IMG/VR virus record: IMGVR_UViG_3300017912_000540
Coordinates: 1-43,288 of that record
Length of the DNA stretch: 43,288 nucleotides
Origin: a virus
Lineage: Duplodnaviria; Caudoviricetes
Reading direction: 5' to 3' (one strand)
The notes under the pieces were generated by a model. The model was not told the DNA's origin. It did no database searches and saw only the letters and a program-made list of their open reading frames with translations. The translations under genes and the position numbers were made by a program. Positions 1 to 12,281 of the stretch are shown here, one piece after another; positions within the stretch are counted from its first letter, which is position 1, and the number at the start of each line of letters is the position of its first letter.

Positions 1-1491
1 CTTGTGATAATTATATATTTGCCCTGATCCTGTAGAGCTAACCATCAAACCTACACCAGCTACAAGTGTTTCGTTGTTTAAACTAGAAGGTGCATTATTG
101 ATAGTTACAGTTGAACCTCCTACAGTTCTAGCTGTAGTGCTAGACCCAGAACCATCAAATGCAACTCCACCAGCGTCAGATATAGATATAACTACACCAG
201 CACTAGGCTGTGTGTTTGGAAATGCTGCATCTGTAGCAATAACTTCTAATCCACCAAGAGGTGCGATCTGTGCAGCTACATAATCAACAACAGCTCCGGA
301 TGTTGGAAACTTAGTATCGTCATCAGTTATGGTTGTCTCTTTTGCCATACCATCAATCTGGTTGAGGTCGGCAATGTCAGCAGTTAGAGCTGTACTATCA
401 GCTAACTTAGAAGCTGTACCTGATTGCATACCAGCAAGAGTTGTGAGTTCTGCATCTGCTATTTCAGAAGTACCTACTGAGTTAGCTGCAAGATGACTCG
501 CATCAAGAGGACTACCAGCTATAAGACTTTTGATTTCTGTTACTGTCTGATCTGCTGTAGCTCCAGTTTCTATACCATTTAATTTTGTATGATCTGCATC
601 AGTAAAGACGTTTGAATCACTAGCAGCTTCTACGGCTGCTCTAATTTCTGCATTTGTCTGATCTGCTGTTGCACCAGTTTCTATGCCATTAAGCTTAGTA
701 TGATCAGCATCAGTAAATACATTACTATCGGAAGCACTTTCTACAAGGGTTCTTATTTCTGCTGCTGTTTGGTCAGCAGTAGCCGCCGTTTCAATGTTAG
801 TTAGCTTTGTTTTTTCAGCATCTGTATATGCGTTGGTATTTGAATTACTTTCGTAGAGAGACTTAATCTCACTAGCTGTTTGGTCATCTTTTGCATTAGT
901 TTCTACTGTGTCTAATTTTGTACCATCAGCAGATACGTCTCTACCATCTACAGTTCCTGAGACAGTTATGTTTCCTGTTACTCCTAAGTTACCAGTAGCA
1001 CCGGTTCCAGTAGTAACTATATTTTGTGAACCAAAGTTTGGAGAGATTTTAGTTCCAGCTATTGCAGCTGACGCATTAACATCAGCATTAACAAGTGTTC
1101 CATCTAATATTTTAGAACTTTCAATAGAACCATCTTTTATGTCAGATGTTCTTATTAATTGACCAGCTTCTTGTGAAGAATATAAAACCTGTGTTTGGTT
1201 GTTATTAAGGTCAACAGCACGTATGGATGATCCAGCAGCATAAGTTGCCTGTGCTGTATCTACGTTGGTATCTCTATAAATATGTACGTTTACACCAGAT
1301 CCTGGCGCAGTGTTAAAGACAATGTTTGTATTGTTTATGGTGTAGTCATTGTTTGTTTGACCACTTGAATTTTCAGTTTTTGGGTCGTTGTCAAGTTCTA
1401 CTTTGACATCGCTATTTGCTAAATATGGAAATGTAAAGGCAAAGGATGTTGTAGACCCATTGCCTGTATAAAAATGTTCAGTTGTCGCCAT
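1..1491 (-). CDS. gp17: Tail fibre protein (T7 gp17-like), 5' part; runs off the window
   Basis: ATG at 1491 gives MATTEHFYTGNGSTTSFAFTFPYL..., the typical T7 gp17 N-terminal adaptor motif. It follows gp16, and no stop is seen before position 1. Confidence 0.9.
   Translation of the reverse strand, partial: MATTEHFYTGNGSTTSFAFTFPYLANSDVKVELDNDPKTENSSGQTNNDYTINNTNIVFNTAPGSGVNVHIYRDTNVDTAQATYAAGSSIRAVDLNNNQTQVLYSSQEAGQLIRTSDIKDGSIESSKILDGTLVNADVNASAAIAGTKISPNFGSQNIVTTGTGATGNLGVTGNITVSGTVDGRDVSADGTKLDTVETNAKDDQTASEIKSLYESNSNTNAYTDAEKTKLTNIETAATADQTAAEIRTLVESASDSNVFTDADHTKLNGIETGATADQTNAEIRAAVEAASDSNVFTDADHTKLNGIETGATADQTVTEIKSLIAGSPLDASHLAANSVGTSEIADAELTTLAGMQSGTASKLADSTALTADIADLNQIDGMAKETTITDDDTKFPTSGAVVDYVAAQIAPLGGLEVIATDAAFPNTQPSAGVVISISDAGGVAFDGSGSSTTARTVGGSTVTINNAPSSLNNETLVAGVGLMVSSTGSGQIYNYHK
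545..900 (-). repeat. Intragenic 111-nt (37-aa) tandem repeat, about 3 units, in the tail fibre
   Basis: The DQT...SDSNVFTDADHTKLNGIETGATA unit recurs, with DQT codons near 547, 658, 769 and 880. Confidence 0.85.
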
Positions 1492-1531
1492 TTGTATTTA
1501 CAAACGTTTGGTTATTAAGTTGGCGAGTGGA

Positions 1532-4500
1532 TTATCTGTAAGGCAGTAATAAATTAGATGGATTTGATTCTGCGTTTTGGTATGTATAGTTTCTTGTTGT
1601 GTTTAATGAAGTTTCGTTCTGTATATTGATTCTCTTATCTTCTGCATATAGTTGTAATGCTTCAGGATGATTACGTACCTTTGCCCAAGCTATTTTTCTG
1701 GCTTCCATAAATAATGTATGAATCATTTTGTTGTGAACATATGCTGTTCTTGGATTCATCTCTTTTCTGCCAGCTCTTAAATCAGCTTGCATTTTTTCAA
1801 TAGATGCAATAACTTTTGGATTTTTAGCAAGTTTATTTAACTTAGCTTCTAAGTTTTGATCACCGATAGCTTTCATGTATAAAGATCTAAGATTTGCATT
1901 ATCACTAAGATCTATTCCATCTGGGGATGAGTAGGTTGACATTCTTAAGTCATAACCACTATTAAATAAAAGTTTTCTACCTTCACTCTGATCTAGATTT
2001 ACATAGAAAGGACTGAACATATTAAACATACGAGTTGGAAAATCCCAATCTTTAATTGGTCTTCCATTTAACATGTCGTATTTAGTAGGTAATTCATTAA
2101 TAGCTAAACCTTCAGATATTAGGTTTCTGTTTCTAATAGACTCAATAATTCCAGAATTTAATTCTTTCATATGAGGATTAAATACTTTACCTAATTCATT
2201 TCTTAATGAAGAAAGAGGAATTTGGTTATTAATTAATCCAGAAATAATTCTTTCCCATGAACCAGCTTGACCTCCAAATAAATCTACAAACTGCTGTATT
2301 CCAGCCATATAAGATTTACTAGATATACCTTGAGCAACGACTAATGCTAGTTTCTGGAATTGATCTTCTGTCCACTCTTCTCCCATTAATTGGCTGTAAT
2401 CACCAACATCAGCAATAGTTGAAAGTATTAAGTTAAATGGTTCAAATGAATCGTAACTAACTTGTACTCCACCAATAGTTATAGTTCTTGGCTTATATCC
2501 AGCATCAATCCATGCCTGTCTTTTCTGTCTATCAGCTGGTCCATTACCAGTAAGACCACCATTCATAAAGTGAAGTGCAGCCATTGAAATAATAGAACTA
2601 CCAATAGCTAATCTTCCGACTTGTAATGCTTTTGCATTAGCTAAGTCTTCTGCTGTTTCGATTCCGTATCTTTGTAAACCAGATAAATTACTAGGATCAG
2701 CAAAAGCTATATCATTCCATTCCTTAACTAAGAAGTTAAATCCTGGCGTATGTTTAGCAGTAAGAGATAAACCGTTTACACCTGTTCTTGCAAACAAGAA
2801 AAATGGTTTAGCCCATGGAGCTGATTCAAATACTTTATTTAATCCTTTAGAAAAACCAGTTAAATCAGTTGTTAATGTAGCTTCTTTCTTAGCAAACAAA
2901 GTTGCAGCTTCTGTGATATTTCCGTCAGCATCTGTTATCTGTGCATAAAATCTATCTTGTGCATTCTTTAAAAGATCAGGAGTTATTTCAGTTATATTGC
3001 CTTTATTAAATTGCTCCATAGCAAGGCGCATTGCCTTTTCTTTTGCTCTAGATCTAGCCAATATAAATCCAAAAGTGTCATCAGTCGCAGCCATGATCTT
3101 TGTTGAATAAGTAAGAAACTTATTGTCATTTAAAGATCTAGCCATGTTAGCCATATAATATGCAGCTTTATCTCCAGCATCTGCTTTACCACTATTTTCT
3201 ATCCAGTCGCCAAGCATTGCCCATTGTTCATCACCTTTGGTTACTTGATTAAATCTACTTTTAATAGTTGATATATCACCTGACCAGTAAGAATTTAATT
3301 TAGTACTAAATACTTTCCAAGCTTCGGGGATAGCTTCCATCATTCCACTCATTGCTGCTAAAGCAGATCTTTGTGTGGTTTTATCTCCGGTGATAGTAGC
3401 ACCAATAACTTGTGAAAAAGGTCTTAAAAACGTAGCAGTTCCTGTACCCATAATTGCTCTTACTGAAGTTTTAGGTCCACTAAGAACACTATTGATCATT
3501 ACACCCTGTAGTTCTTTTATAAGAACACCAGTTTTAACTTCCCCATTTAACTCTCCACCTTTAAGCTTTCTTTTTATAAATGCATCAAAATCATCAAAGT
3601 TATGAATGTCATTACTCATTGAGACAGCTTCATAATATGCTCTGAATAGACTGTCATCTTGATTATCGCCAGCATATTTAAAAGCTACTTGATAGGCAAG
3701 TTTTGTTTTATCTATCTCAGCATTAACAGCATCTTTTAAAGCCTGTTTGTTTGCAGGGTTACGCACATCGAGGTTTTTTAATTCCATACCGCGTGTGTAT
3801 GATGCTATTTTTCTTTGTATAACTGCACCAACGAGAGTGTCATATAAGGTTTTAGCTGGACCATCTACATCTGCTAAATCAGCAATGTCAAATAGTTCTC
3901 TACCAGCAATACCATGATCTCTAGCTTTTCTAAATAATGCTCCTATTACAAAATCAGCTGCTAAAACATCAGCCGTCTGCCATACTTTCTTTCCTTTAAT
4001 AGTGTCACTTCTAGCATCAAATGCAGCAAACATATCTGGATCTATATCTTCCAAACGTTCCCTACCATTCATTACTTCATGTGCTCTTCTTATAGAGTCA
4101 TAAAATTTATCTGCTAATGATTGACCACTTTTTAATCCCTGAATCTCTGCCTGGATTCTTGCATCTGACATAAATGGTTTCATAAGATCTACCATTTCTT
4201 TTTCTGCAATATCCGCACTTTCAGAAAGATTCTCTATTTGACGCTGTGTAAATGGACTATCAGTAGAACCATGTTGGGAACCCCAGTCAGTATCTATTTT
4301 CTGTTTTTGATAATAGACATCAGCTGCTTTACCAGTAGAGTTTGGAGATGCTTGCCATGGATCAGATATAGGTTTGTTTTTATAACCACCATATTGTCCT
4401 CTCATTGAAACTGCTTGCAATGCAGCTTTCTCATCTATCTGTGCATTAACATTTGCTTCTCTAGCAGTTGCTCGATTTACAGCATCTTCAACACCATCTT

Positions 4501-5269
4501 CTATAACTTCTTGTCCAGCTTTATTAATTCTTGTTTTTCTTAAACCTTTACCTAAAGCTATACCTAGTCCATCAAATACCACACCAATACCCATACCTTC
4601 TACAACATTTTTCAATGTCTTCATAGCAGGGTGATCATGTTCTTTAGTTGATATTGGTGTATCTATAAAATTAAAACGATCTCTTAAAATACCTAGACCG
4701 TTATCTTCTTGTGAATATTTAGAAATAACATCAGATACAGCACCGACTCCAGCACCTCTGACTAAACTTCCGAGTGCTGTAGTTGCAGCTGAAACACCAG
4801 CTATTTTTGCAGCTGGAATAATAGCAGCAGCCATAGAACCAAAGTGAACAAGACTCCTTAGAGCACCTCCCCACCATGTTTTAGTTTCAATTGGATTTGC
4901 ATCATCTACAAACCAATCATCCCATTCTGCACCGTAACCTTCATCTGTTTGCTGTTCTTGTACCATCTCACCACTGAACATATCAATGGCTCTCTCAGGT
5001 AGGGTGACAATAGAGGATGCAGTATCTTGCAATCCTCCACCTATAGCAGATCGGATTTCCTTAGAAATTCCTCTTAATCCGCCACCACCTTCTTTTTCTC
5101 TAGGATCATCAAACTCAGCTTGAGCTTGTTCCTGTTGTTGTTGGAGTAAAAGTTCTTGCTCTCTTTTTTGAGCTTCAATCTTTTCATTCTCCTCATATAT
5201 TTCATTGAACTCAAGTGCAGAATCCTGTATAGCTTGAGCATCAATGTCAATCTGATAATCAGAACTCAT
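1532..5269 (-). CDS. gp16: Internal virion (core) protein, gp16-like
   Basis: 1245 aa, last and largest of the core genes before the fibre; T7-like synteny. Confidence 0.8.
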   Translation of the reverse strand: MSSDYQIDIDAQAIQDSALEFNEIYEENEKIEAQKREQELLLQQQQEQAQAEFDDPREKEGGGGLRGISKEIRSAIGGGLQDTASSIVTLPERAIDMFSGEMVQEQQTDEGYGAEWDDWFVDDANPIETKTWWGGALRSLVHFGSMAAAIIPAAKIAGVSAATTALGSLVRGAGVGAVSDVISKYSQEDNGLGILRDRFNFIDTPISTKEHDHPAMKTLKNVVEGMGIGVVFDGLGIALGKGLRKTRINKAGQEVIEDGVEDAVNRATAREANVNAQIDEKAALQAVSMRGQYGGYKNKPISDPWQASPNSTGKAADVYYQKQKIDTDWGSQHGSTDSPFTQRQIENLSESADIAEKEMVDLMKPFMSDARIQAEIQGLKSGQSLADKFYDSIRRAHEVMNGRERLEDIDPDMFAAFDARSDTIKGKKVWQTADVLAADFVIGALFRKARDHGIAGRELFDIADLADVDGPAKTLYDTLVGAVIQRKIASYTRGMELKNLDVRNPANKQALKDAVNAEIDKTKLAYQVAFKYAGDNQDDSLFRAYYEAVSMSNDIHNFDDFDAFIKRKLKGGELNGEVKTGVLIKELQGVMINSVLSGPKTSVRAIMGTGTATFLRPFSQVIGATITGDKTTQRSALAAMSGMMEAIPEAWKVFSTKLNSYWSGDISTIKSRFNQVTKGDEQWAMLGDWIENSGKADAGDKAAYYMANMARSLNDNKFLTYSTKIMAATDDTFGFILARSRAKEKAMRLAMEQFNKGNITEITPDLLKNAQDRFYAQITDADGNITEAATLFAKKEATLTTDLTGFSKGLNKVFESAPWAKPFFLFARTGVNGLSLTAKHTPGFNFLVKEWNDIAFADPSNLSGLQRYGIETAEDLANAKALQVGRLAIGSSIISMAALHFMNGGLTGNGPADRQKRQAWIDAGYKPRTITIGGVQVSYDSFEPFNLILSTIADVGDYSQLMGEEWTEDQFQKLALVVAQGISSKSYMAGIQQFVDLFGGQAGSWERIISGLINNQIPLSSLRNELGKVFNPHMKELNSGIIESIRNRNLISEGLAINELPTKYDMLNGRPIKDWDFPTRMFNMFSPFYVNLDQSEGRKLLFNSGYDLRMSTYSSPDGIDLSDNANLRSLYMKAIGDQNLEAKLNKLAKNPKVIASIEKMQADLRAGRKEMNPRTAYVHNKMIHTLFMEARKIAWAKVRNHPEALQLYAEDKRINIQNETSLNTTRNYTYQNAESNPSNLLLPYR

Positions 5270-5287
5270 AATGCATTACCGTAGTAA

Positions 5288-7606
5288 TTAAAATTTTCTT
5301 CGTACTTTGTCTCTATCGAGATATTCGTCTATTTCTCCAACAAATGCTTCTCTATTGCCCGTAGCAAATACACCTCTTTCAACCCATTGATTACCGTTCC
5401 AAACAATAAATGTTCCCTGTTCTGTTCTCTGCCAATCTCCTCTACGTGGTTCTAATTTACCAAGTTGTGGAGTTGGTCCAAGAATATCTTCTTGTAGATC
5501 TTCTGGAAGATTTAAGAATTGTTCAGATGTAATATTTCGAGCAAACTCACCTTTATCGGTTTCAATTTGTTTTTCAATAGCCTTCATTGCAGATGGCAAA
5601 AGAAATTCGATTTCATCGTAATCAATCTGTGCATCATCTTTAAATGCATCAATCTTTGCTCTAGCTACTTTTGCTGGAGATGAGTGATGAGATAGATAAA
5701 ATTGAACTTGAGGATCTAGTTTTTCATAAGCCAGTAAAACATCAGACTTGACTGGTTTATCCTTACCATTTGCTTTGTTATATATTTCTACCTGTTTATA
5801 TTGAATTTCAGCTCCAGTTACGCCAGGAATTTTGGCAGCAAGTTGCTCATAAAATAAGTGTGTTTGACCTGTTGGTAATTCAGCAGCTTCTTTAATAACT
5901 TCTTCAGAACCAAAAATAAGACCAGTGTTAATAACGTTTGGGTCAATAGTTTTTATATGCTCTTCAGCTTTAATTAGCTCTATATTTCTTTGTTTATTTT
6001 TATCTGTATTTACAAGTAAATTATCGTAGTCATTAGCAAATGTTTTTTTCTGTATATCTTGTAAAGCAAGAATATGTGCATCTACTGCGCTGTCTGCTGT
6101 CTGCATATGTTTAGCAAACAATAATGGATATTCACGTTCAGCATTTTCAACAATATTATTCCATTGTGTGGATTCTTTTCCAGGGGCTACACCTTGTTGT
6201 TTTGCATGTGTTGTTGCATAACCTTTAATTTGACTTTTAGCAAGATTTTGAAAATCTTTAGATGGTGCAAGAGGATTACCACTTTTAACTTTAGGTAAGT
6301 ACTGTGCCTCAAGAAATGGGTCACTTAGTTTAAGTACTTCTTTTTCTGTAATAGGTATACCCTTATCTAATTTGTGATCTAATTGTGCTTTGATAAGAAT
6401 ATCGTCACCTGTTTCTTTGGCAAATCTATTTTTAACAAATTCAGGAAGGTTACTTCCACCTTGAGTTATGTCCCAATTTTCAGTCATGTATTGTGCCAAC
6501 TCAAGTTTAGTCATACGAGTGTTACTCTCGTTCTCTATCTCCTGTATTTTTTCTACAAAACCTTTTGCATAGTTTGTTCTATTTAACTCTTTGTTTTCAA
6601 ATACACCTTTCTTAGCATTCTCTATTTCGTTAAGAACACCTTCAGCCCATAAACTATTTTCAGTTCCTCCACCTAATTTATCTATTAATATTCTTGTTTT
6701 ATCTCCTTTAGCAGTTACTTCTCCAAACAAAACACTCTCAAATTTATCAATATTAATAACACCTTTCTTCATACCCATAAGACCTATGTTTATGAATGCT
6801 CTTTCAGCCTTGGCTATGTTGCCTTCAAAGTAACCAATATTATATTCTGATGCTTCTATAAAAGCTTTTAAAGGATCTTCAGAATTTAAAGCATTAGTAA
6901 CTTCACTAATCATTCTGCTCTGTTCTTTAAGAACATTTTTAGAAGTTACTGATTGATTGGCAGTTTCATAAAATGTTGATTCAGTTGCATCAAAAGCTTC
7001 TTTTAATTGATTCTTAGTAAACCTTAAATTAAAACCTAATTGATCAGCATTAGTAATAATACCTTGTTTATATGAATCAAAAGCCATCCTAGCTTCTTGA
7101 ATACTGTTTACTCCATCTGGATAATTCTTTGTGTACCAAGGTAAAAATTCTGTCCCAATTCTTGTTTTAATTTCCTCTATCATAAGAAGTCGCCTTCTTG
7201 CTCCATGAGGACCACTAAGATCTATAGTTTCGTAGGTAACATTATCTCCATCTGCTAAAGCTTGATTTTTAATAAAGTTTTCAGCCTTACCAATATCAAA
7301 AAGAGTTTTTAAACTTTCCTTATCTTTATCTAAAAGTTCCTGATCAATACCTTCATAACCTTTACTTAATAAATTTTGCCTTCTTTTCTCATTTAAACCA
7401 TCTGCCATTTTCTTAGCAGTTGGTGCAAACTCAATAAGCTCTTTAATCATTTTTAAAGGCATCTCGGCATTCTTTAACCGAGTTTCATCATTCTCTCTTT
7501 CTAACTTTTCACGTCTGTCGTAACTTGTATTAACAGACTCATAGGTAGCTCCAATGGCAGATGCAAAGTCAGGAGCTTCTGTAAAATTAAAAAAACTGTT
7601 TGTCAT
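5288..7606 (-). CDS. gp15: Internal virion protein, gp15-like
   Basis: 772 aa helical-looking protein between the gp14 and gp16 positions; call rests on synteny. Confidence 0.7.
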   Translation of the reverse strand: MTNSFFNFTEAPDFASAIGATYESVNTSYDRREKLERENDETRLKNAEMPLKMIKELIEFAPTAKKMADGLNEKRRQNLLSKGYEGIDQELLDKDKESLKTLFDIGKAENFIKNQALADGDNVTYETIDLSGPHGARRRLLMIEEIKTRIGTEFLPWYTKNYPDGVNSIQEARMAFDSYKQGIITNADQLGFNLRFTKNQLKEAFDATESTFYETANQSVTSKNVLKEQSRMISEVTNALNSEDPLKAFIEASEYNIGYFEGNIAKAERAFINIGLMGMKKGVINIDKFESVLFGEVTAKGDKTRILIDKLGGGTENSLWAEGVLNEIENAKKGVFENKELNRTNYAKGFVEKIQEIENESNTRMTKLELAQYMTENWDITQGGSNLPEFVKNRFAKETGDDILIKAQLDHKLDKGIPITEKEVLKLSDPFLEAQYLPKVKSGNPLAPSKDFQNLAKSQIKGYATTHAKQQGVAPGKESTQWNNIVENAEREYPLLFAKHMQTADSAVDAHILALQDIQKKTFANDYDNLLVNTDKNKQRNIELIKAEEHIKTIDPNVINTGLIFGSEEVIKEAAELPTGQTHLFYEQLAAKIPGVTGAEIQYKQVEIYNKANGKDKPVKSDVLLAYEKLDPQVQFYLSHHSSPAKVARAKIDAFKDDAQIDYDEIEFLLPSAMKAIEKQIETDKGEFARNITSEQFLNLPEDLQEDILGPTPQLGKLEPRRGDWQRTEQGTFIVWNGNQWVERGVFATGNREAFVGEIDEYLDRDKVRRKF

Positions 7607-7610
7607 TTAA

Positions 7611-8204
7611 TTACCCCCATAATCCAAATGAATTTCCAGCAGATGCTACTGATCCAGCAATAGACAAAGCATCCATAAATGCAGCAGCTCCAACGTTCTG
7701 CATAACAGGTTGTGGTGGTGCAACATCTGGTATAGGTTGAAAAGCAACTTTGGCAAATGCCTGATCTTTAAACTGTTTATATTTAGATATTTCAGCTGAA
7801 CTCTTACGTGCCAGTTCTCTATCATTAAGAGTTAATCTTCTTGCAATATCACTTACATCTCGACCATACTTTGCATAATCCATAGTTGCTCTTCTTCTGG
7901 TAGATTGACCAGTTTGACCAGCAGCTACTAATTTTCCATAAGTACTATCTTTAAGTAGTGTTCTAAATAATTCTTCGTATTTAAGTTGAGCCTCACCTCT
8001 TGCAAGGTCCATCATTTCTTGCTGATTAGTTTTAGCTTGAGCTTGAGCTAAACCAGCATTTTGTACGTCTTCATCGTACTTAACTTTTTGAGCATTATAA
8101 ATGGATATCGTTTGCATCCAGTTACGCTCTCTTCTTTCGTTCTCGTATTTATATCTTCTACGAGCATTTTCATTAGCTGTCTTGGCAGCTGCTCCTAAGC
8201 ACAC
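7611..8204 (-). CDS. gp14: Internal virion protein, gp14-like
   Basis: 197 aa, starts MC, Ala/Gln-rich; gp14 position. Confidence 0.75.
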   Translation of the reverse strand: MCLGAAAKTANENARRRYKYENERRERNWMQTISIYNAQKVKYDEDVQNAGLAQAQAKTNQQEMMDLARGEAQLKYEELFRTLLKDSTYGKLVAAGQTGQSTRRRATMDYAKYGRDVSDIARRLTLNDRELARKSSAEISKYKQFKDQAFAKVAFQPIPDVAPPQPVMQNVGAAAFMDALSIAGSVASAGNSFGLWG

Positions 8205-8628
8205 GGCAAAACTCCATAAAGGATAAATTATTAGGTCCGTGTTTTAATTCCCTTAAAAATTTGAACCCTAGGAATCTGAGTAGTTTTATATGAACTTTGT
8301 TTCGTTTATCAACGATGTTCCAAAGCAACTTCTCTTGTCTACTTTCCACATATCTTTTAGCTTCTCTTGCAAAAGTTAGTGGGTACTTATGAATAGCGGG
8401 TGTACATAGCATCCAGATTCTGCCATCTTCTTGTACGCCGGCTACTCCGGCTAAGTCACCATTGGGAACTGTAAAATAAACACTGTCGCCATACGCGGCA
8501 CAAAGTGGAATTATCTTAACAGGATCATGTCCATGACCCTCTTCAACTTCCCTACGGTCATCTGGTAAAAGATTGGAAGCCACATTTAATGCAGCTTCCG
8601 TTGTAACTGGGTGAATAAATTTAGACAC
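8173..8628 (-). CDS. gp13: Internal virion protein A (gp13-like, acetyltransferase-like fold)
   Basis: LWNIVDKRNKVHIKLLRFLGF motif typical of T7 gp13 homologues; follows gp12. Confidence 0.85.
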   Translation of the reverse strand: MSKFIHPVTTEAALNVASNLLPDDRREVEEGHGHDPVKIIPLCAAYGDSVYFTVPNGDLAGVAGVQEDGRIWMLCTPAIHKYPLTFAREAKRYVESRQEKLLWNIVDKRNKVHIKLLRFLGFKFLRELKHGPNNLSFMEFCRVLRSSCQDS

Positions 8629-11623
8629 GTTTATAAAATCTATTTGTATAATCTCCTTCCCATGCCAATGAATACAATGTGGCTGGTGCGGGATGTGATG
8701 ATTTAACGTTTACTTTTAAGTTTGTATTTCTCTCATAACAAGGAACTGTTTCTACTACTTCAGAAACAATAGGTAATCTATTAGCACCTACAAATCCAGC
8801 TAATCCTAATTCCCTTTCTTCAGTATAATCTGGTTTACCGTCTCTTTGTATGGTTGTTGAATATACTCCAAGAGGTCCAAAGCTAAATTTAATTCTGTGA
8901 ATAATTAGCGAAGCTTTATTATCTGATCTATATTTATCACCTACCTGTCGAGTTATATATAAAGTAGGAATCTGTACATCCATCTCATATAAATAACCTA
9001 TTACAAAAGTATTATTAGACCAATCTCCATTTATTTCTAAATTAGAACCATTGACAGTTATTAATGAATATCTACCTAAATCATTTCCAGCATCAGTGTC
9101 ATAAGCAACTAATTGTTTTGTACTTTCAAATCCATTAGGTTTTGGGATTGTAGTTTTTATAGTTGTAGAGTTATAGGTATTAGCTGCTGCTGTAACTGAT
9201 TTAGAATGATCTAAATGTACTCTATAAATTACATCATCTTCAGTACTATCAGTATCTTGTGTATCAGTAACAAAGTGTCCATTATCATCTAGCTTTAAAG
9301 AATATTTAAGCATCTGATCTTTATTATTATTGCGAGTAATAACAAATAAAGCATCATCTAACATGCAGTGATATTGTACATTCCCTGTTACTTCCCAAGT
9401 AGACCAAGCTTGTAATAACCTTTTCTCTCCAGAAGTAAAATATCTAAAACAATAAATCTTACTAGAATTTTTTTGACTAAAAAATACGACTGAGTTTTCT
9501 CTAGATTCTGATACGATACTTATATCTTTATCTAATAATCTTGAGATAACTTTACTTTGATCAACAACATCTGGTTCACCCTGTCTAACAACATTAGACA
9601 TTTCAAAAAATCTTGTAAATGAATTAGCATTATCTAGAAATGCAACTGTTGTTCCTAGAGATACAGGGTTAGTTTTTTCATTAAAGTTATAAGAAGATAC
9701 TGCATTTAATTTGGCAGTTTCTGGACTTAAAATATCACTATCTGTAGTCAACATAAATTGTTGATTTTTAGTAAATAACAATAAGCCAGCATTAACCTGA
9801 ATACCGTCATAAACAATTGCTGGATATTCAGAACTACAAGAAAGATCTATAACATCTTGAGGTGTGAATGTTGTAGCAGTCTTAGACCAGAAATTAAAAA
9901 ACTCGCCAGGTCTTGACATGACTACGTTTTCATCACTTAAGAAAACTAATCTGTTTCTAAAGAAAACTAATTGATTTACTTTACTTCCTACAAATGAAGG
10001 ATTTGGATTGGTTAGTTCTTCATCACCAACTTCAGCATTTTCCCAAGTAGCTTGTGAAACAGTAAATGTACCATTAGCCTCTCTGACTAATTGGATAGGC
10101 ATAGTGCTTTTATCAAACTCTATTTTTCTGCCAGGTTTTGCACATTCTTCCCACACTCCATCTCCATCTCTGTCGTTATGACCGTTAAATTTAACGTAAT
10201 AATCGTCTGCATCTGCTTCACTGTTAGCAACTTTTACCACATATCCATGCTTACATTGAGATGGTAAATCATCTACATTATCTACCTGATTAGACATCAC
10301 TCTAAGTAGATCACTGGAAGGTGCTGTGATGTTGAATGTACCTTGTGCAACTGGTCGGGTGATATATAAACCATTACCTATCTGTTTAACTTCATATCCA
10401 TTAGCTACATCATCTCTAAATTGATATAAGCTATTTACTCCCCCATGGCTAGTACCTAATATTCCATTTCTTATATCACCAATAATACTGGAAGCAGTTA
10501 CTGCTGTTTCAGTATCGAATGGTGTTGGATTTGGTCTTATTAAGCCTAAATTAGATTGTATTTTTGAAGTACTTACAGCTTCTATAGTAACTTTATAGTA
10601 AGCACCATTCATCCATACATAAAAATAATCACCTTCTTGCCATTCTTCACCCCCATAAAGGAGATCAAATGTAGTGGTATATCTTGCTTGGTATGTGGTT
10701 GTTTGGGTTTCTCCAGATCCAGTAGTAAATGGAACTGATTGTCCAGTAGTTCTTATACGGAAATAAAGATTTTTACCTCTGTTAACAGAATTATTACTAG
10801 AGTTTTTTACATCAATATCATAATTATGTGTCCCATGAATTTGAGCAATGCTATCTCCAGCTTCTCCATCATGTAATGTTGCACCATCATCAATATCAAA
10901 TATTCTAGTTCCTACGTTTGGTGCATATGCATCTCTCCCATCTCCAGCTGTATCATCACATCTAGTAGATTGTGTTTTTCTATCATCTCGACTAGTTGGA
11001 TGCCCTCCATTAGTGCCACAATAATTATTACTAGATTTAACTAAGTCAACACTAATTCTTGTAGCTGTTCTAACTTCTGTTGTAGTTGTATTATCAAATA
11101 AATTAACCGCATACTGTCTTGCATAAGCTGTAGCTTTTAAATCTATAAACACTTCAGGAGGTCTAACAGGTTCGATAGTGTTGGACATCGCTACTGTCTT
11201 AGTTCTATTAGTTAGAAAAGTGTAATCATTAAGAGTTAAAGTCTGTATATCTTCATCATTAGTATGAGTTAAATAATTAGTTAAGGCAGTAGCAGTACCA
11301 GAGTCATAGTTAACAGTCATTGATGCACCGTCACTACATCTCCACATATTGATATCACCACTTCTACTAACTTGTCCTATATAACTCTCTGTTTCATCAC
11401 GATAATATGAAAACCATTTACCGTTAGTTTGTGAGTTTAAAGCTGCGGTTCCATTATCACTTAATGATGAAACCAACTGCCCTCCTGGACGTTTTAATAA
11501 ACCATGTGTTACGTCAGGGATCACATTATTTGCGACACTGACCTGTCCAGGAATCTTGAGTTCATCTGGCTGTTGAGATAAACCACCAGTCAGTGTAGGT
11601 ATTGTTTGAGTAACACTTGCCAT
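8621..11623 (-). CDS. gp12: Tail tubular protein B
   Basis: N-terminal GGLSQQPD...GLLKRPG and FFRNRLVFLS motifs. Confidence 0.95.
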   Translation of the reverse strand: MASVTQTIPTLTGGLSQQPDELKIPGQVSVANNVIPDVTHGLLKRPGGQLVSSLSDNGTAALNSQTNGKWFSYYRDETESYIGQVSRSGDINMWRCSDGASMTVNYDSGTATALTNYLTHTNDEDIQTLTLNDYTFLTNRTKTVAMSNTIEPVRPPEVFIDLKATAYARQYAVNLFDNTTTTEVRTATRISVDLVKSSNNYCGTNGGHPTSRDDRKTQSTRCDDTAGDGRDAYAPNVGTRIFDIDDGATLHDGEAGDSIAQIHGTHNYDIDVKNSSNNSVNRGKNLYFRIRTTGQSVPFTTGSGETQTTTYQARYTTTFDLLYGGEEWQEGDYFYVWMNGAYYKVTIEAVSTSKIQSNLGLIRPNPTPFDTETAVTASSIIGDIRNGILGTSHGGVNSLYQFRDDVANGYEVKQIGNGLYITRPVAQGTFNITAPSSDLLRVMSNQVDNVDDLPSQCKHGYVVKVANSEADADDYYVKFNGHNDRDGDGVWEECAKPGRKIEFDKSTMPIQLVREANGTFTVSQATWENAEVGDEELTNPNPSFVGSKVNQLVFFRNRLVFLSDENVVMSRPGEFFNFWSKTATTFTPQDVIDLSCSSEYPAIVYDGIQVNAGLLLFTKNQQFMLTTDSDILSPETAKLNAVSSYNFNEKTNPVSLGTTVAFLDNANSFTRFFEMSNVVRQGEPDVVDQSKVISRLLDKDISIVSESRENSVVFFSQKNSSKIYCFRYFTSGEKRLLQAWSTWEVTGNVQYHCMLDDALFVITRNNNKDQMLKYSLKLDDNGHFVTDTQDTDSTEDDVIYRVHLDHSKSVTAAANTYNSTTIKTTIPKPNGFESTKQLVAYDTDAGNDLGRYSLITVNGSNLEINGDWSNNTFVIGYLYEMDVQIPTLYITRQVGDKYRSDNKASLIIHRIKFSFGPLGVYSTTIQRDGKPDYTEERELGLAGFVGANRLPIVSEVVETVPCYERNTNLKVNVKSSHPAPATLYSLAWEGDYTNRFYKRV

Positions 11624-12237
11624 TATCTTTGTAGTGCTCTGTAAGGTTGATAAGGTCTATATGAACTTTCATGCGGCCAGCCCATAAAGGAATGATCACC
11701 TTGATTACATTCATATTCAAGAACATTTGCCCTAGCAGCTTGCTCTTGTACTTGTAAAAGTGCAGCCAATTCTCTGTTGGCAACAAGCTGTGTAGCTGCA
11801 CGAACAGCAGCTTTAGAAATTATGTATCTCTGAAATATTGGTGGTACGTCTTCAAATGGATAGAGAGTAACAATGTCTAAATAAAGATCATCTTCAAATT
11901 GATCTGTATGACTTACCTTGTCGTATAGTCTTCCATTTCTTTTTACTAAATCTCTAGACTTATCTATGTGTGCATCATGTATGTCATAACGTAGATAATT
12001 ACTAGGTACTTCTATATATTTTGTTGTTGCATCTGGGGTAACAAGTACATGATCCTCAGTATTAAAATGCCATCCTTCACCCTGTACATCTTTATTTGCT
12101 TCTACTAATAAGTTATAGACAAATGCTGTTTCTGGGTTGTTGTAGTTGAGCGTAGTCAAGGGCGATTGACCTATGCTACCCAAGATTGAGTTAACTGCGG
12201 ATAGTTCGGTATCGGGTTGTATTGTTGTGGTAGCCAT
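11623..12237 (-). CDS. gp11: Tail tubular protein A
   Basis: TELSAVNSILGSIGQSP and GWHFNTE motifs; immediately after the capsid gene. Confidence 0.95.
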   Translation of the reverse strand: MATTTIQPDTELSAVNSILGSIGQSPLTTLNYNNPETAFVYNLLVEANKDVQGEGWHFNTEDHVLVTPDATTKYIEVPSNYLRYDIHDAHIDKSRDLVKRNGRLYDKVSHTDQFEDDLYLDIVTLYPFEDVPPIFQRYIISKAAVRAATQLVANRELAALLQVQEQAARANVLEYECNQGDHSFMGWPHESSYRPYQPYRALQR

Positions 12238-12241
12238 AGAT

Positions 12242-12267
12242 AAAAAAAAAGGGACCCGAAGGTCCCC
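12242..12267 (-). terminator. Intrinsic terminator after the capsid gene (T7 T-phi position)
   Basis: Minus strand GGGACC-TTCG-GGTCCC (cUUCGg tetraloop) followed by T9. Confidence 0.92.
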
Positions 12268-12281
12268 GATAAATGTATAAA

